Source: an uncultured virus (IMG/VR IMGVR_UViG_3300021400_004213) (lineage: Duplodnaviria > Heunggongvirae > Uroviricota > Caudoviricetes). Taken from it: DNA of 64,000 nucleotides. Under the pieces are notes generated by a model. The model was not told the DNA's origin, did not search any database, and saw nothing but the letters and a program-made list of their open reading frames with translations. The translations under genes and the position numbers were made by a program. Below, piece after piece: positions 1 to 10,774 of the stretch (its first letter is position 1; each line of letters opens with the position of its first letter). Location of the stretch: the IMG/VR virus record IMGVR_UViG_3300021400_004213; one strand, given 5' to 3'.

Positions 1-2924
1 GTAAAAATGCTACCCTTTTTGGAATAATTGTTGGGACGCAAGGTTCCACCAACACCAATCAGGAACTTCTGGTCCGCAAGCTGACCTGAAGTAGCGCCGT
101 TTCCATCGAAATGGACGGTATACTGAAGTCTATCATACTTGTAAGTGACGACAGTGCTTCCATCTGCTGCTAACGTTACAGTCTGTGTAGACGGAACCGT
201 AAAGCCTTCATAAGACTTGACAGCTGGTGTCACAGCCGAACCTGCTTCACCATACAGACGCTCCTTTTCTGTCAAGCCATACCCAGATAAATCATAGGCT
301 TGCTGATGATGCTCCACGAAGTAACGTGTTGTTCCTTCAGCAGTCCAAATTGCATAAAGAGTTTTGGTTGTCCCTAACTCTGCAATGTTAATTTCTTCTC
401 CTGGCTGATATGTCGGCTCTGTTGCAGCCTTATCTTCAGACCAACCCATAAGGAACTGCGTACCATGCTGACAAACATCCTCATCTAACGTGTTAAATGA
501 ATGAACTCCTTCAGATTCCGTAAACGTAATCTTAGTATCTCCAGAAATCACACCACCATTGGCATCAAACACAACGTATCCATTTGGATCATGCTCATAC
601 CACGTCCATGTACCAGCCATTTCCGACGTATATTTAGTTGCTAAATCATCCCTCGTAAATGGACCAAACGCCTCGTCTTCACGAATCCACTCTCCTGTAT
701 AAGGCACAGTACTTGACGCATATGGCATATGATTAGTACAGCCAGCACTCATATCAGCAAAAAACTCAGGTCCTATCACAATCTTCTTTGGCGAACAGTT
801 AAAAAACATACGTGCACAACCATTGCCATTATAACCTTGATCTTTAAGATTAGACATATCAAAATTCGAAACGTCCAAATACTCAAGCTTTGAACAGCCC
901 CTGAACATCTCAACCATATTTTCCACGGAACTTGTAACAAAAGTTGACAAATCAAGAGATTCAACAGACGTACAACCATAGAAAGTTTCATACATATTCG
1001 TTACGACAGATGTGTCTAATTTTGCTAAATCAAAATCAGTACAATTGCTAAAATTAGAAAACCAATATGACATACTTGTTGGCTTAACAGCATCAACAAA
1101 CTGAACCTTTTTTACTTTAGAAGCAACTGAACCCCAATTACGACTACCAGTCGTTTCACTTGCAGTAAAAATTGTACCTGTATATTCTTCACCACTGTCA
1201 CTACGCACCGTACCTGTCGTATTGTTCTTATATACAGCTTTTTCACGTACGATACTCAATGTACCTGTTTCTTCATCAAATACACCATAAACATTTGAAC
1301 TCGGCTCCAACGTCCAAGTTCCAGCCATAACACTCTCATAATTATCACGCAATTCAGCAGGTGTGTACGGACCGAAAGATCCTTCCTTCCTAGACCAAAG
1401 TCCCGTATACGAAGGCGTATTTGTTGGAAGTTGCGTCCAATAATGATCATAACTTTCTGTAGATATGTTACCTTTAAACGTAAAATTCGGACCGAGTTTC
1501 ACCTCATATAACGATGAACAATCCGAGAACATAATATAAAAATTAGAAACGTTCTTCGTATTAAATGATGATAAATCCAATGTTTTCAAACTTCCACATC
1601 TATAAAACATTCCATTCATATCTATTACTCTATTTGTGTTGAAGTTCGAAAGATCCAAATTTTCTACACCACATGCAGAAAACATGGATTTCATAGTCGT
1701 AACTTTAGATGTATCAAAATTAGATAACTGAAGATCTTTTATGCTACTACACTCATAAAACAAGCCAGACATATTCCTAACATTAGATGTATTAAAATTC
1801 GAAACATCTAATTCTTTCACATGCAAATTACCAAACATATAACTCATATCAGTTACTTTTGAAGTATCGAAATGAGTAATATCAAGAGATGGCAACGCAC
1901 GACACCAATAAAACATCTTACTCATATTCGTAACAGATGATGTGTTAAATGATGAAATGTCCAAATTTTTCATATATTGTAATTCGTCAAACATTTCTTG
2001 CATGGTCGTTACTTTACTAGTATCAAAGTTAGAAAGATCAAGCGACGTAAACGCACTATTTTTATAACCACACATGCTAAACATATATGACATATCAAGA
2101 ACATTTGACGTATCAAACGAAGACAAATCAAGACTTCCAACATTTGTCATCGAACGGAACATACCACTCATGTTTGTCACTGATGAAGTATTGAAATGAC
2201 TAACATCAATTGTCTTCAAAGCAGAACAAAAAGAGAACATTCTAGCCATATTTTTAACATTGGATGTATCAAAATGTGTAACATCAAGAGATGTCAACGC
2301 TTGACAAAAATCAAACATATTACTCATATCAGTTACATTGCTGGTATCAAAATGTGTAACATCCAAATTTGTCAACTTCATGAGATTATAAAACATATAA
2401 GACATGCTTGTTACTTTTGATGTATCCCACCCAGTCAAATTCAAATTTACCAATGCTTGACAACCATTGAACATTCGATTCATATTCGTCACATTTGACG
2501 TATCAAATGTAGACAAATCTAAACTTGTCAACTTCCAACAACCATAAAACATATCGCGCATATCTGTGGCAGCACTTGTATCCAGATTCTTCAAATCCAT
2601 CTGAGTACAGTTCTGAAATTCAGCAAACATACGATAACAACCTGTTGATGTTTTAACACCAGGTTCAACTACAATTTTCGTTACAGTTGTACTCGAATAA
2701 CCAGTAACACTATCCCAAGGTGCATCATATGACTCAAACGATTCAAGCGTTCCACTCACACCATCAGTAGGATAAATCCTTAAAGTGCCGTTTTTAACTT
2801 CCCAGGAACAAGTTCCAGAAGTACCTGAAGTTTCAGCAGCATAAACCGTGTCTACACCACCAAAGAATGTAAACAATCCAATTCCAATCATAATGGCCAT
2901 TAAGAAGCCTAAAATCCTTTTCAT
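1..2924 (-). CDS. Secreted BspA/DUF285-type leucine-rich-repeat surface protein (3' partial, runs off the window)
   Basis: Missing from the ORF track because it has no stop in the window. ATG at 2924 with GGAGGT RBS. Begins MKRILGFLMAIMIGIGLFTFFGGVDTVYAA (signal peptide), then many 'LDxSxFDTSxVTxMxxMF' repeats, 'YTGxW..GP..MAGTW' modules and a 'YVVFDANGG' InlB-B/Flg_new-like repeat. Confidence 0.85.
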   Translation of the reverse strand, partial: MKRILGFLMAIMIGIGLFTFFGGVDTVYAAETSGTSGTCSWEVKNGTLRIYPTDGVSGTLESFESYDAPWDSVTGYSSTTVTKIVVEPGVKTSTGCYRMFAEFQNCTQMDLKNLDTSAATDMRDMFYGCWKLTSLDLSTFDTSNVTNMNRMFNGCQALVNLNLTGWDTSKVTSMSYMFYNLMKLTNLDVTHFDTSNVTDMSNMFDFCQALTSLDVTHFDTSNVKNMARMFSFCSALKTIDVSHFNTSSVTNMSGMFRSMTNVGSLDLSSFDTSNVLDMSYMFSMCGYKNSAFTSLDLSNFDTSKVTTMQEMFDELQYMKNLDISSFNTSSVTNMSKMFYWCRALPSLDITHFDTSKVTDMSYMFGNLHVKELDVSNFNTSNVRNMSGLFYECSSIKDLQLSNFDTSKVTTMKSMFSACGVENLDLSNFNTNRVIDMNGMFYRCGSLKTLDLSSFNTKNVSNFYIMFSDCSSLYEVKLGPNFTFKGNISTESYDHYWTQLPTNTPSYTGLWSRKEGSFGPYTPAELRDNYESVMAGTWTLEPSSNVYGVFDEETGTLSIVREKAVYKNNTTGTVRSDSGEEYTGTIFTASETTGSRNWGSVASKVKKVQFVDAVKPTSMSYWFSNFSNCTDFDLAKLDTSVVTNMYETFYGCTSVESLDLSTFVTSSVENMVEMFRGCSKLEYLDVSNFDMSNLKDQGYNGNGCARMFFNCSPKKIVIGPEFFADMSAGCTNHMPYASSTVPYTGEWIREDEAFGPFTRDDLATKYTSEMAGTWTWYEHDPNGYVVFDANGGVISGDTKITFTESEGVHSFNTLDEDVCQHGTQFLMGWSEDKAATEPTYQPGEEINIAELGTTKTLYAIWTAEGTTRYFVEHHQQAYDLSGYGLTEKERLYGEAGSAVTPAVKSYEGFTVPSTQTVTLAADGSTVVTYKYDRLQYTVHFDGNGATSGQLADQKFLIGVGGTLRPNNYSKKGSIF

Positions 2925-2972
2925 AGCAAAATACCTCCATGTATTTCCGTTCAAAATATTCCGATAAAATAA

Positions 2973-3013
2973 ATCAGCGGAGAACAGGCATATCACAGCC
3001 TGCCTCCGCTGAT
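2973..3013 (-). terminator. Intrinsic terminator after the giant adhesin gene
   Basis: ATCAGCGGAG...CTCCGCTGAT inverted repeat with a T-rich tail on the minus strand. Confidence 0.65.
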
Positions 3014-3042
3014 AAATTAATTATTCAGCATCATTTTTGCTG

Positions 3043-6000
3043 TTAATTACTCTCATTTCCTTGTGTTGAAGCCGTAGTATCAGCACCACTACCAGGATTT
3101 TCTCTCTCAGGTGCCTGACTCAGCTCGAACTCTGTAATCATTCCATCATCTGGAACAGTACCGTCTTCACCAATCAGAACAACCTTAAATGTAAATGTCT
3201 GATTCGGATCAGCATCATCAGGATTCGTCACATACTTCGAAACGGAAAGAGAACCATTCTTCAAAGTGTTCTTGAATACAGGAAGTTCACCCTCTTCGGT
3301 ATTCCAACCTGAAATTTTCTGAATCTTACCTGTACCACCACACGCTTCACAACCACGTACTAATGTGATATTGACATAAAAACCATTATCACTTGCATTA
3401 AGTTCAATACTTAAAGATACATACTGTCCAATTAACGTTTCAGGTAACATACTTTCCAAATCATTAATAATAGTTGTATCGCTTCCGTCATATGAAATCG
3501 AATCATTCGTAATCGACTCCAGATATGCTATCAAATCATTATCAGAAGATAACCCCTTAACATCTTTTATAAGATTAATGGCTGCATCCGAATTTGACAC
3601 AGGTATATCATTATCAGCAGCATCTTTACATATAGCTTCACCTGGCACTATCACAGCAGCACCTGTTTCTGAGTCTGTGTCAAATTCAATTGATAACGTA
3701 GTCTGATAATTTAAAATACCATCATCAGTACCATTACCACTACCATCACATACAGAACATACTTCTTCCTCTACAATCGGCGTAGCAGGTGTCTGACTGA
3801 AACTCAAAGTTCCGTCACCGTTATCATAAACGGTAACCTGGTATCCATAGACACTACCATCATAGTTCACAGTCGGATCAGATCCAGCCTGCTCACGAAT
3901 TGCATAATGATAGGTCTTACCAATATCAGCCTGTGTATACTTCAAAGCAGGGAACACAACCGTTCCATCAGCTTTGTTTGTAACAATCATGTCAGTCTCT
4001 TCCTCTGTTTCAGGATCCTTCTGCTTCATGATGTTACCTTCTTCATCCATCAGGACAAAGCTGAACTCGCCATCCTTCAGGTCACGGCCCTTCAGTGTCT
4101 TCCAAGCACGCAGCGTCAGTTCACCTTCCGCCTTATACTCGTTCACAAACTCAGGCTTTACGTCATCCTCAAGTGCTTCCTTCTCGTATTCACCAGTCAG
4201 GAAGTCAATTGTTACAGGAATCGGCTTCTCAGTCTCAGGATTAGTCGGAACGATAATCTTCGAAACTTCCTTGGTAATACCAAGAGTTCCATCTGCATTA
4301 TCAACTACCGTAACCTTTACTTCGTAGATAGATTCATCATAGATGTAACCATCCTTACCTGTATTGGTCTCACGTAAGTAGTAGACATGCTCGCCAACAT
4401 CCTTCTGCGTATAACGAATTGCACCAAACGTCACAGGAGCATTCGAATGCTCCACAGGACCCTCATTGGTCTCTTCGTCCACATATACAGTTTCCGTAGG
4501 TCTACTAGAAGTAGCTGTACGAATCGACTTAGATGTCATATTGCCATCTTCGCCTTCGACAAGCTCAAACAACTCAAATCTAAACTGATATGTCTTCAGT
4601 TCACGATTCTTCAAAGTCTTCAGAGCTTCCATCTGGAATCTGCCGTTTGCAGCATACGTATTTACGAAATCGGCTCTTGAAGTGCCATTCGGCTGAATCG
4701 TACCCGTAAAGGTATCCTTATCAGGCGTAAATCCAGCAGCCTCAGACTCTTTCACAGAGTAATTCACATATTCAGGAATCTCAGTAATATGAATCGTCTG
4801 ACCACCCTTAATCTTCAGAACACTATCACAAGTAACAGTGCCTGTAGCTACTTCCTCAGTAACAGTCTTCTTGACCATTTCATGAGTTTCAGGGTCTTCC
4901 TCTTCAACAACCTTTTCCTCTGTAATCACATACGGCATCTCATCTGTCACAGGAACAGCATCATCGCCAGCACCCTTGACAAAACTAAATGTCAACTCAA
5001 ACTCAACATCTGCAGAAGCATCTGTTGTATCCTTCACGGTCTTTGTAACATACATATCACCGAATGGATGATATGTATTCACCAATGTACGACCATCTTC
5101 AGCAACTTCTGTTGTATAAGACTTACCAGCAACCTCAGATATACGCTCTTCAACCGTATATTCTACTTCTTCACCGTTCATATACTTATACAAATTCTTG
5201 AAGCTATAAGACCAATTACCGTCTTTATCAGGGCGGATTGTCTGCTGCTGAATATAGTTTCCATTTGCATACAGGAGAACCTGGATGGCAGTCGGACGAG
5301 CATCCTCGTGACCTTCATCACCAACCCATGTCTTCTGTCCATCTACGCTAACACGTTCAGGCTCATGTTTATTTGTTACAGTAATAACGCCATCCTTGAT
5401 TGCGGAATAAGATGCTTTATAACCATCAATCGAATCTTCCTTGATCGTATAGATATAAGCATTTCCTTCAGGATCACAATAAGGAATGTTCTCAAACTTC
5501 ACTTCATATGGATCATCAGAAGCCTTCAGTGTCTTTGCAAGTCCTGTATCAACATCATTACGATACAAATGAAGTGTGATTTCCTCAGGGCGCTTACCAT
5601 CACGGTTATCACCGTCGTCCCAGACCTTCGTTACAACAAGGCTATATTCTTCCAGACCAACCTTCGTATAATCCTTACGAACAAAGCTGTTGCTCTCGGC
5701 CTCAGAACCCTGGATGCGCTTATCAATCGTCGTTGCTGTCAAATAAACATTGTTATACGCCATAGCGCTATCGCCCCATGCACCCTTCTGAGAAATATAC
5801 TCAGTAGCGGCTTCACCAGACGGAGCACGCATATTCACAATGACAACAGCAGACTCTTGTTCATCAAGTACAAAATCTGTACCATCAGCACGCTTAGACA
5901 TATCAATAGCAATTGCATGAACCTTTGCCATATCGCCAGTATAGCTTGTAGCAGGAACCCAAATTTCAGGGTCACTCAAGTTCATATTTGTCGGATTACC

Positions 6001-9000
6001 GATGTTCGGATTTGTCTCATCAGAAAGCTGCAGATTGTCAACCAAACTGTAATAAACAACAGGTGCACAACCAGCTTCGCGTAACTGAGAAACATCAACG
6101 CTAATCAATTCACCTCTCCAAGTTGCAGCATTAATATCAATCTCGTCATTACCTTGACCAGCCTTGAAGTTCTCCAAAGAATCATAAATAATCATATTCT
6201 TTGTCTGAGTATCTGAATCAGGCATCATACGCAGACGATACTGATAAATACCACCCGTATAAACAGTACGCTTATTCTGATCAGGTTCTTTGTAATACAA
6301 ACCTGAAGACCACCAACCATCACGATTGGTCTGAACTTCCTTCTGCAGAGATACTCTAGCAGCCGTCTCTACGTCCAGGTTTACATATGTACCTGCATAT
6401 ACAAAGCTCGGAGTATCGCGATTAGGATTCAAATCTGTCATTGCTTCCTTCTCGGCATCATCCTCAAATGCATTTGCTGTAACAACGTTATTATTCGTTG
6501 TCAAATCATCCAATTCACCCTTGTAATTCTCAACAGAACCAAGAACATCCTTGCTACTCTCAAAGGCAATGACGTTATGGATATTCTTACCATAGTCAGC
6601 CATCGAAACGAAATCATAAGTAGCTTCGAACGTAATTGTGATCATATCTTCATAATATGTCACATCACTTGGCTTATAAGTAGTCGTCACAGGAGTCAAA
6701 TCTGCTTCAACAACCAAAAGGGTTCTACCTGTACCCTTATAATCGCCAATGGTATATGCCTTGGTAATCGTATCCTTATCACGAAGTTTGATGGTATCCA
6801 TCAAAGGTGTAACACCCTTCGGAAGAAGGTCATACCAAATACCATGGTTTTCAGACTTCAATTCGCCGCTGGCAATAGCATCTTCATACGTAGCACGATC
6901 AGCAATAAAGCTTCTCTCCTCTACCTTACCAGTAAAGTGAACATGCACTAAATTGTTATCGTAATCTACTTCTTTGACACTATAATCTGCTGTCTTAGAC
7001 GGGAATACAGACAAGTCTGTTGTATAACCACGAAGGCTATCATATCCATCCTTTTCAATAGTCAGAATATGCGCATTCGGTGTGTGGGTATCTTCTGCAC
7101 CATAATCAACATCCATCTTTGCACCATTCCATACAGGCATCGACGGCGTATAATTATGTTCAAACAATCCAGTTACAACATTCCGAATCAAATCGGTCGG
7201 ATGTAATGTCACATTGACACGCAGGTCATAATGAATACCTGCCAAAGAAGACGTTACAATACTACGAATATTCGTCGTATCTGTCGGCAGAGGAATAATA
7301 TTCCCTTCAACAGCTTCGCCAGACACTAAAGTACTTACCTGGCTACCACTCTGCCAAGATACCGTAGCAACCTCTTCCCAAGTCTCAGAGTTATTTCTCT
7401 GAACCTCAATCGTCACATCAGGACGATGCGACAAATCATTATCAGTGCTGTACAAGAATGTACCATCACCAGCATACTTCGCGGTCCAAGAACCATCCTC
7501 ATTAATATTATGAGGAACACCATCCATGATGGAGAAGGTCGATACTTCAACAGACTTAAAGTCATAATCCTGAAGAGGAGTCAGCTTTGCACCATTTCGA
7601 ATCGGTGTCAAACCTGTATCTGTTGTCGTAACAGTAAGCGGACGTCTGAAGTAATTACTCTTAATACGAGAAGATTCAGCGGTAACAGGATCCTGCGGAT
7701 CATACGTCCACGGCATCTGATAACCAAGGGTATCAATCGTATAAGAAAGCTCTACGTCCTTACCATCTCTCAGATGATTCAATGCTGCAGGATAAATACC
7801 ATAGTACCCATTATCATCAATGAAATGATCATTATATGTATATGTGTACTTATGAGTATAATACGTCGGGTCGTTGTCATTACCATTCTTCCAAATCATG
7901 AAGTGTCCAGTAGGATCCTGCCACTTCGGATCAGAATAACTCCAACGTACCATACCATCCGCTTCAGCAGTAGTTACAAGCTGCGGGTCAACTTCACCAG
8001 TAGCCTTATTCTCGGCCTGTGGATCAACCTCAGTCAACGTATACTTCACCTTATTATGGAAGTCATAATTCGTATCAGGCTCAAACTGCGAAATTGGATA
8101 TACAACATCAGCGTACAGATAACCTGTACGATCACTCGTATAATTCTTCAGATACTCATTGTATACAGCCGTATAGCTACCATCACCATTATCGGTAACC
8201 TGCCAGTTACCACTGGAGAATGGACGGAACATCTGCTGATATTCATCATCAATCGTATCTTCGACATCAATGGTATACATCGTATTACCATACCGATAAG
8301 CCCACATATACCAAGAAACAACAACGAAGTATTCTTCCTCAGGCCACTTATTTCTGACTTCCTGCGGCATATCAGAAGCCTTCAGAATTTTCGTTTCGTT
8401 ATACTGACGCTTATTCGCTGCAGTAATCTTTGCTTCCGTATCAAACTGAGCCGTCACGGAATTAGAACGCAGTGCAATCAAATTACCAGCATGAGTTACA
8501 ACCTCGATGTATGCATCAAACGGAGCCGTCTCCTGCATATCAACAAGTTCATGAGGAATCAAATCATAGATACCAAACTCAATATAACCTTTGGTAGCAG
8601 CACTCATACGGCGAGTATTTGTCAATACATAATTGTCGCCAACAAGTTTCCAGTTGAAATCCTGCTTTGTGGAAGGATCTTCAGGATATGGAATAACCAT
8701 CGTACCATAATCCTTACCATCACGATTCTTGAAGATATAAGCAGGAACTGTGATCATGATGTCGCCAGCTTCATAATTATGCTCACCAGACAGAGCATAG
8801 TTTACACGCAGACGAACACGCTGCTTACTATCGTCACTTGGCTTAACGTAAAGAATCTCGTCGGAACCATTATCTACTGTATCCTCTGTCATCCAACGGA
8901 CACTAATAGATTCAATATTGGAACCATCCAACTGACGAGGAATTTCAGATTCCACACTGTCATCAGCAGCTTTCGCTACATCATTAACAAGATTTCTTGC

Positions 9001-10713
9001 AATCTCATTAGCAGTATTACCTTCGTTTTCAACTTCAGTAAGACCACTTTCATCTGCCAGTTTGTCAACAGCGGCATTTGTATCAACTGCTAATTTACCA
9101 TGCAAACCAAGAGCAGATACTCGACTCTTTACTACAAAATCAAGATCTGACATCTCTTCAAGATCAACAGTTGTTTCAGCCTCTGTTTCTGGCTCAGTCT
9201 CTTCCTCGCCAGCCTTTTCAACAAACGCAAACGGAGAGAAAGAACTTGTATTGAAGCTTACGCTATTGCGATCTGCATTGTAAATAAATTCAAGTTCTTC
9301 AATCTTACTTGTATCGGACTGCCAACCATCCACCAGATGAAGCAAAACTGCATCCTCAGGCAGCACAATACCGTTAATTACAACATGATAAACACTTGCA
9401 TCAGAATCAATATTCTTGATGTCGAATGCCTTATAAATAGCACGACCATTCAGATATTCATCAAGAGCTGTTAAAATAGCATCATCCTGACGAATAATTT
9501 CTGAATTATCACCGTAATCATACGTTTCAGATGCACGTTCCATAACACGAACGTTCACTTCTTGACCATTGATAATAGCCTTGAAATATGTTCCAGGAAC
9601 ATCTACATCCTCATAACTAGACGCTGCATAAGAAGACTCTGTTTCAATTGTTGCTTCTGTAACAGCTTCTGTTTCTGTTTCATCTTCAGCAACTGTTTCT
9701 CCCTGAGAAGCAGTCTCTTCCTGAGATACCGTTTCTTCCTGCGAAACTTCAGTCTCAGAAGACGTCTCATCACCACTTCCTGAACCGACGAAAACAGTTC
9801 TTACATCAGCATCATCTTCTGTAGTCTCAGCTTCAGCAGTCTCTTCAACAGCCTCAGTATCGTTAGTCACAGAAGAATCTTCCTGTGCTATTTCTACTGA
9901 ACCATCATCCATTGTTGTAAACACAGTGGTTTCTTCAGCTGCAGACTCTTCAATCGTCTCCTCAGTTGTCGTATCTTCAACTATTTCTTCTGTTTCAGGT
10001 TCTTCAGCCTTCTCAGCGAAACCAAACGGAGAGAATGTCTTCGTAGTGAAGGAAACCTCATGACGATCTTTATCATAGAAATATTCTATTTCTTCGATCT
10101 TACTTTCGTCATACTCCCAACCATCTGCAAAATGCAGGAGTACAGCATCCTCAACAGGATCAACATCCTTCAGAGTAACATAGTATGTGTAATCATCATC
10201 ATGTTCAGACGCATACTCGTCTTCGTAATCAATGTCAAACACATCATAGAGATCTCTATCTTCCAGATAATCTTTGATATCATCGATTACTTTCGTATCT
10301 TCTGCGACACGATCGCGATTTTCATCCGTGATTTCATACACATCATCTTCATGTTCCAATAAACGAGCCTTCACATCTTCGCCATTAATGACAGCATCGT
10401 TGTAAACACTTGTGTCCATTGGTTCATTCACTGTCTCAGGTTCTGCCTGAATTACATCCGATTGAACTTCAGTTTCATAAGAAACTTCTGTTTCAACAGG
10501 CATTCCACTTTCAGAATCTGACTCATCGATTACCTCCGAAACGAATTCTGGAACATACTCTTCAGAAGTCGACTCTGTTTCAATCTCACCAGATGGAACA
10601 GGTTCTTCGGCCCTCGTCAAGGATGGCGCAATTGTCGTCGCCACCATTAATACAGCCAAGAGCAAAGCCAGAAAGGATTTCTTTGGAATCTTTTCGTTCT
10701 TCCAATAACGCAT
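3043..10713 (-). CDS. Giant secreted adhesin-like protein (~2556 aa) with Cna-B and FctA/Spy0128-like Ig domains, no C-terminal anchor
   Basis: Start moved to MRYWKNEK (GGAGG RBS). Signal peptide, acidic N-terminus with a duplicated domain, Cna-B repeats ('VTKVWDDGDNRDGKRPEEI', 'GQKTWVGD..RPTAIQV'), FctA-like repeats ('KTLKGRDLKDGEFSF'). No LPxTG or TM segment at the end. Confidence 0.85.
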   Translation of the reverse strand: MRYWKNEKIPKKSFLALLLAVLMVATTIAPSLTRAEEPVPSGEIETESTSEEYVPEFVSEVIDESDSESGMPVETEVSYETEVQSDVIQAEPETVNEPMDTSVYNDAVINGEDVKARLLEHEDDVYEITDENRDRVAEDTKVIDDIKDYLEDRDLYDVFDIDYEDEYASEHDDDYTYYVTLKDVDPVEDAVLLHFADGWEYDESKIEEIEYFYDKDRHEVSFTTKTFSPFGFAEKAEEPETEEIVEDTTTEETIEESAAEETTVFTTMDDGSVEIAQEDSSVTNDTEAVEETAEAETTEDDADVRTVFVGSGSGDETSSETEVSQEETVSQEETASQGETVAEDETETEAVTEATIETESSYAASSYEDVDVPGTYFKAIINGQEVNVRVMERASETYDYGDNSEIIRQDDAILTALDEYLNGRAIYKAFDIKNIDSDASVYHVVINGIVLPEDAVLLHLVDGWQSDTSKIEELEFIYNADRNSVSFNTSSFSPFAFVEKAGEEETEPETEAETTVDLEEMSDLDFVVKSRVSALGLHGKLAVDTNAAVDKLADESGLTEVENEGNTANEIARNLVNDVAKAADDSVESEIPRQLDGSNIESISVRWMTEDTVDNGSDEILYVKPSDDSKQRVRLRVNYALSGEHNYEAGDIMITVPAYIFKNRDGKDYGTMVIPYPEDPSTKQDFNWKLVGDNYVLTNTRRMSAATKGYIEFGIYDLIPHELVDMQETAPFDAYIEVVTHAGNLIALRSNSVTAQFDTEAKITAANKRQYNETKILKASDMPQEVRNKWPEEEYFVVVSWYMWAYRYGNTMYTIDVEDTIDDEYQQMFRPFSSGNWQVTDNGDGSYTAVYNEYLKNYTSDRTGYLYADVVYPISQFEPDTNYDFHNKVKYTLTEVDPQAENKATGEVDPQLVTTAEADGMVRWSYSDPKWQDPTGHFMIWKNGNDNDPTYYTHKYTYTYNDHFIDDNGYYGIYPAALNHLRDGKDVELSYTIDTLGYQMPWTYDPQDPVTAESSRIKSNYFRRPLTVTTTDTGLTPIRNGAKLTPLQDYDFKSVEVSTFSIMDGVPHNINEDGSWTAKYAGDGTFLYSTDNDLSHRPDVTIEVQRNNSETWEEVATVSWQSGSQVSTLVSGEAVEGNIIPLPTDTTNIRSIVTSSLAGIHYDLRVNVTLHPTDLIRNVVTGLFEHNYTPSMPVWNGAKMDVDYGAEDTHTPNAHILTIEKDGYDSLRGYTTDLSVFPSKTADYSVKEVDYDNNLVHVHFTGKVEERSFIADRATYEDAIASGELKSENHGIWYDLLPKGVTPLMDTIKLRDKDTITKAYTIGDYKGTGRTLLVVEADLTPVTTTYKPSDVTYYEDMITITFEATYDFVSMADYGKNIHNVIAFESSKDVLGSVENYKGELDDLTTNNNVVTANAFEDDAEKEAMTDLNPNRDTPSFVYAGTYVNLDVETAARVSLQKEVQTNRDGWWSSGLYYKEPDQNKRTVYTGGIYQYRLRMMPDSDTQTKNMIIYDSLENFKAGQGNDEIDINAATWRGELISVDVSQLREAGCAPVVYYSLVDNLQLSDETNPNIGNPTNMNLSDPEIWVPATSYTGDMAKVHAIAIDMSKRADGTDFVLDEQESAVVIVNMRAPSGEAATEYISQKGAWGDSAMAYNNVYLTATTIDKRIQGSEAESNSFVRKDYTKVGLEEYSLVVTKVWDDGDNRDGKRPEEITLHLYRNDVDTGLAKTLKASDDPYEVKFENIPYCDPEGNAYIYTIKEDSIDGYKASYSAIKDGVITVTNKHEPERVSVDGQKTWVGDEGHEDARPTAIQVLLYANGNYIQQQTIRPDKDGNWSYSFKNLYKYMNGEEVEYTVEERISEVAGKSYTTEVAEDGRTLVNTYHPFGDMYVTKTVKDTTDASADVEFELTFSFVKGAGDDAVPVTDEMPYVITEEKVVEEEDPETHEMVKKTVTEEVATGTVTCDSVLKIKGGQTIHITEIPEYVNYSVKESEAAGFTPDKDTFTGTIQPNGTSRADFVNTYAANGRFQMEALKTLKNRELKTYQFRFELFELVEGEDGNMTSKSIRTATSSRPTETVYVDEETNEGPVEHSNAPVTFGAIRYTQKDVGEHVYYLRETNTGKDGYIYDESIYEVKVTVVDNADGTLGITKEVSKIIVPTNPETEKPIPVTIDFLTGEYEKEALEDDVKPEFVNEYKAEGELTLRAWKTLKGRDLKDGEFSFVLMDEEGNIMKQKDPETEEETDMIVTNKADGTVVFPALKYTQADIGKTYHYAIREQAGSDPTVNYDGSVYGYQVTVYDNGDGTLSFSQTPATPIVEEEVCSVCDGSGNGTDDGILNYQTTLSIEFDTDSETGAAVIVPGEAICKDAADNDIPVSNSDAAINLIKDVKGLSSDNDLIAYLESITNDSISYDGSDTTIINDLESMLPETLIGQYVSLSIELNASDNGFYVNITLVRGCEACGGTGKIQKISGWNTEEGELPVFKNTLKNGSLSVSKYVTNPDDADPNQTFTFKVVLIGEDGTVPDDGMITEFELSQAPERENPGSGADTTASTQGNESN

Positions 10714-10774
10714 AGAATCTTTGCCTCCTATCTTTAGATTTCTACATGTAGAGATACTTGTGGACAAACAAATA

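Noticed and set aside
1500..2600. ~75-bp periodic repeats that might suggest a CRISPR array or DGR target
   Set aside because: They are in-frame degenerate LRR coding repeats. No identical repeats, cas genes or reverse transcriptase were seen.
3907..10715. Long plus-strand ORFs (e.g. 4789-6084, 7426-9093)
   Set aside because: Antisense shadows of the adhesin gene, with no RBS or recognisable motifs.
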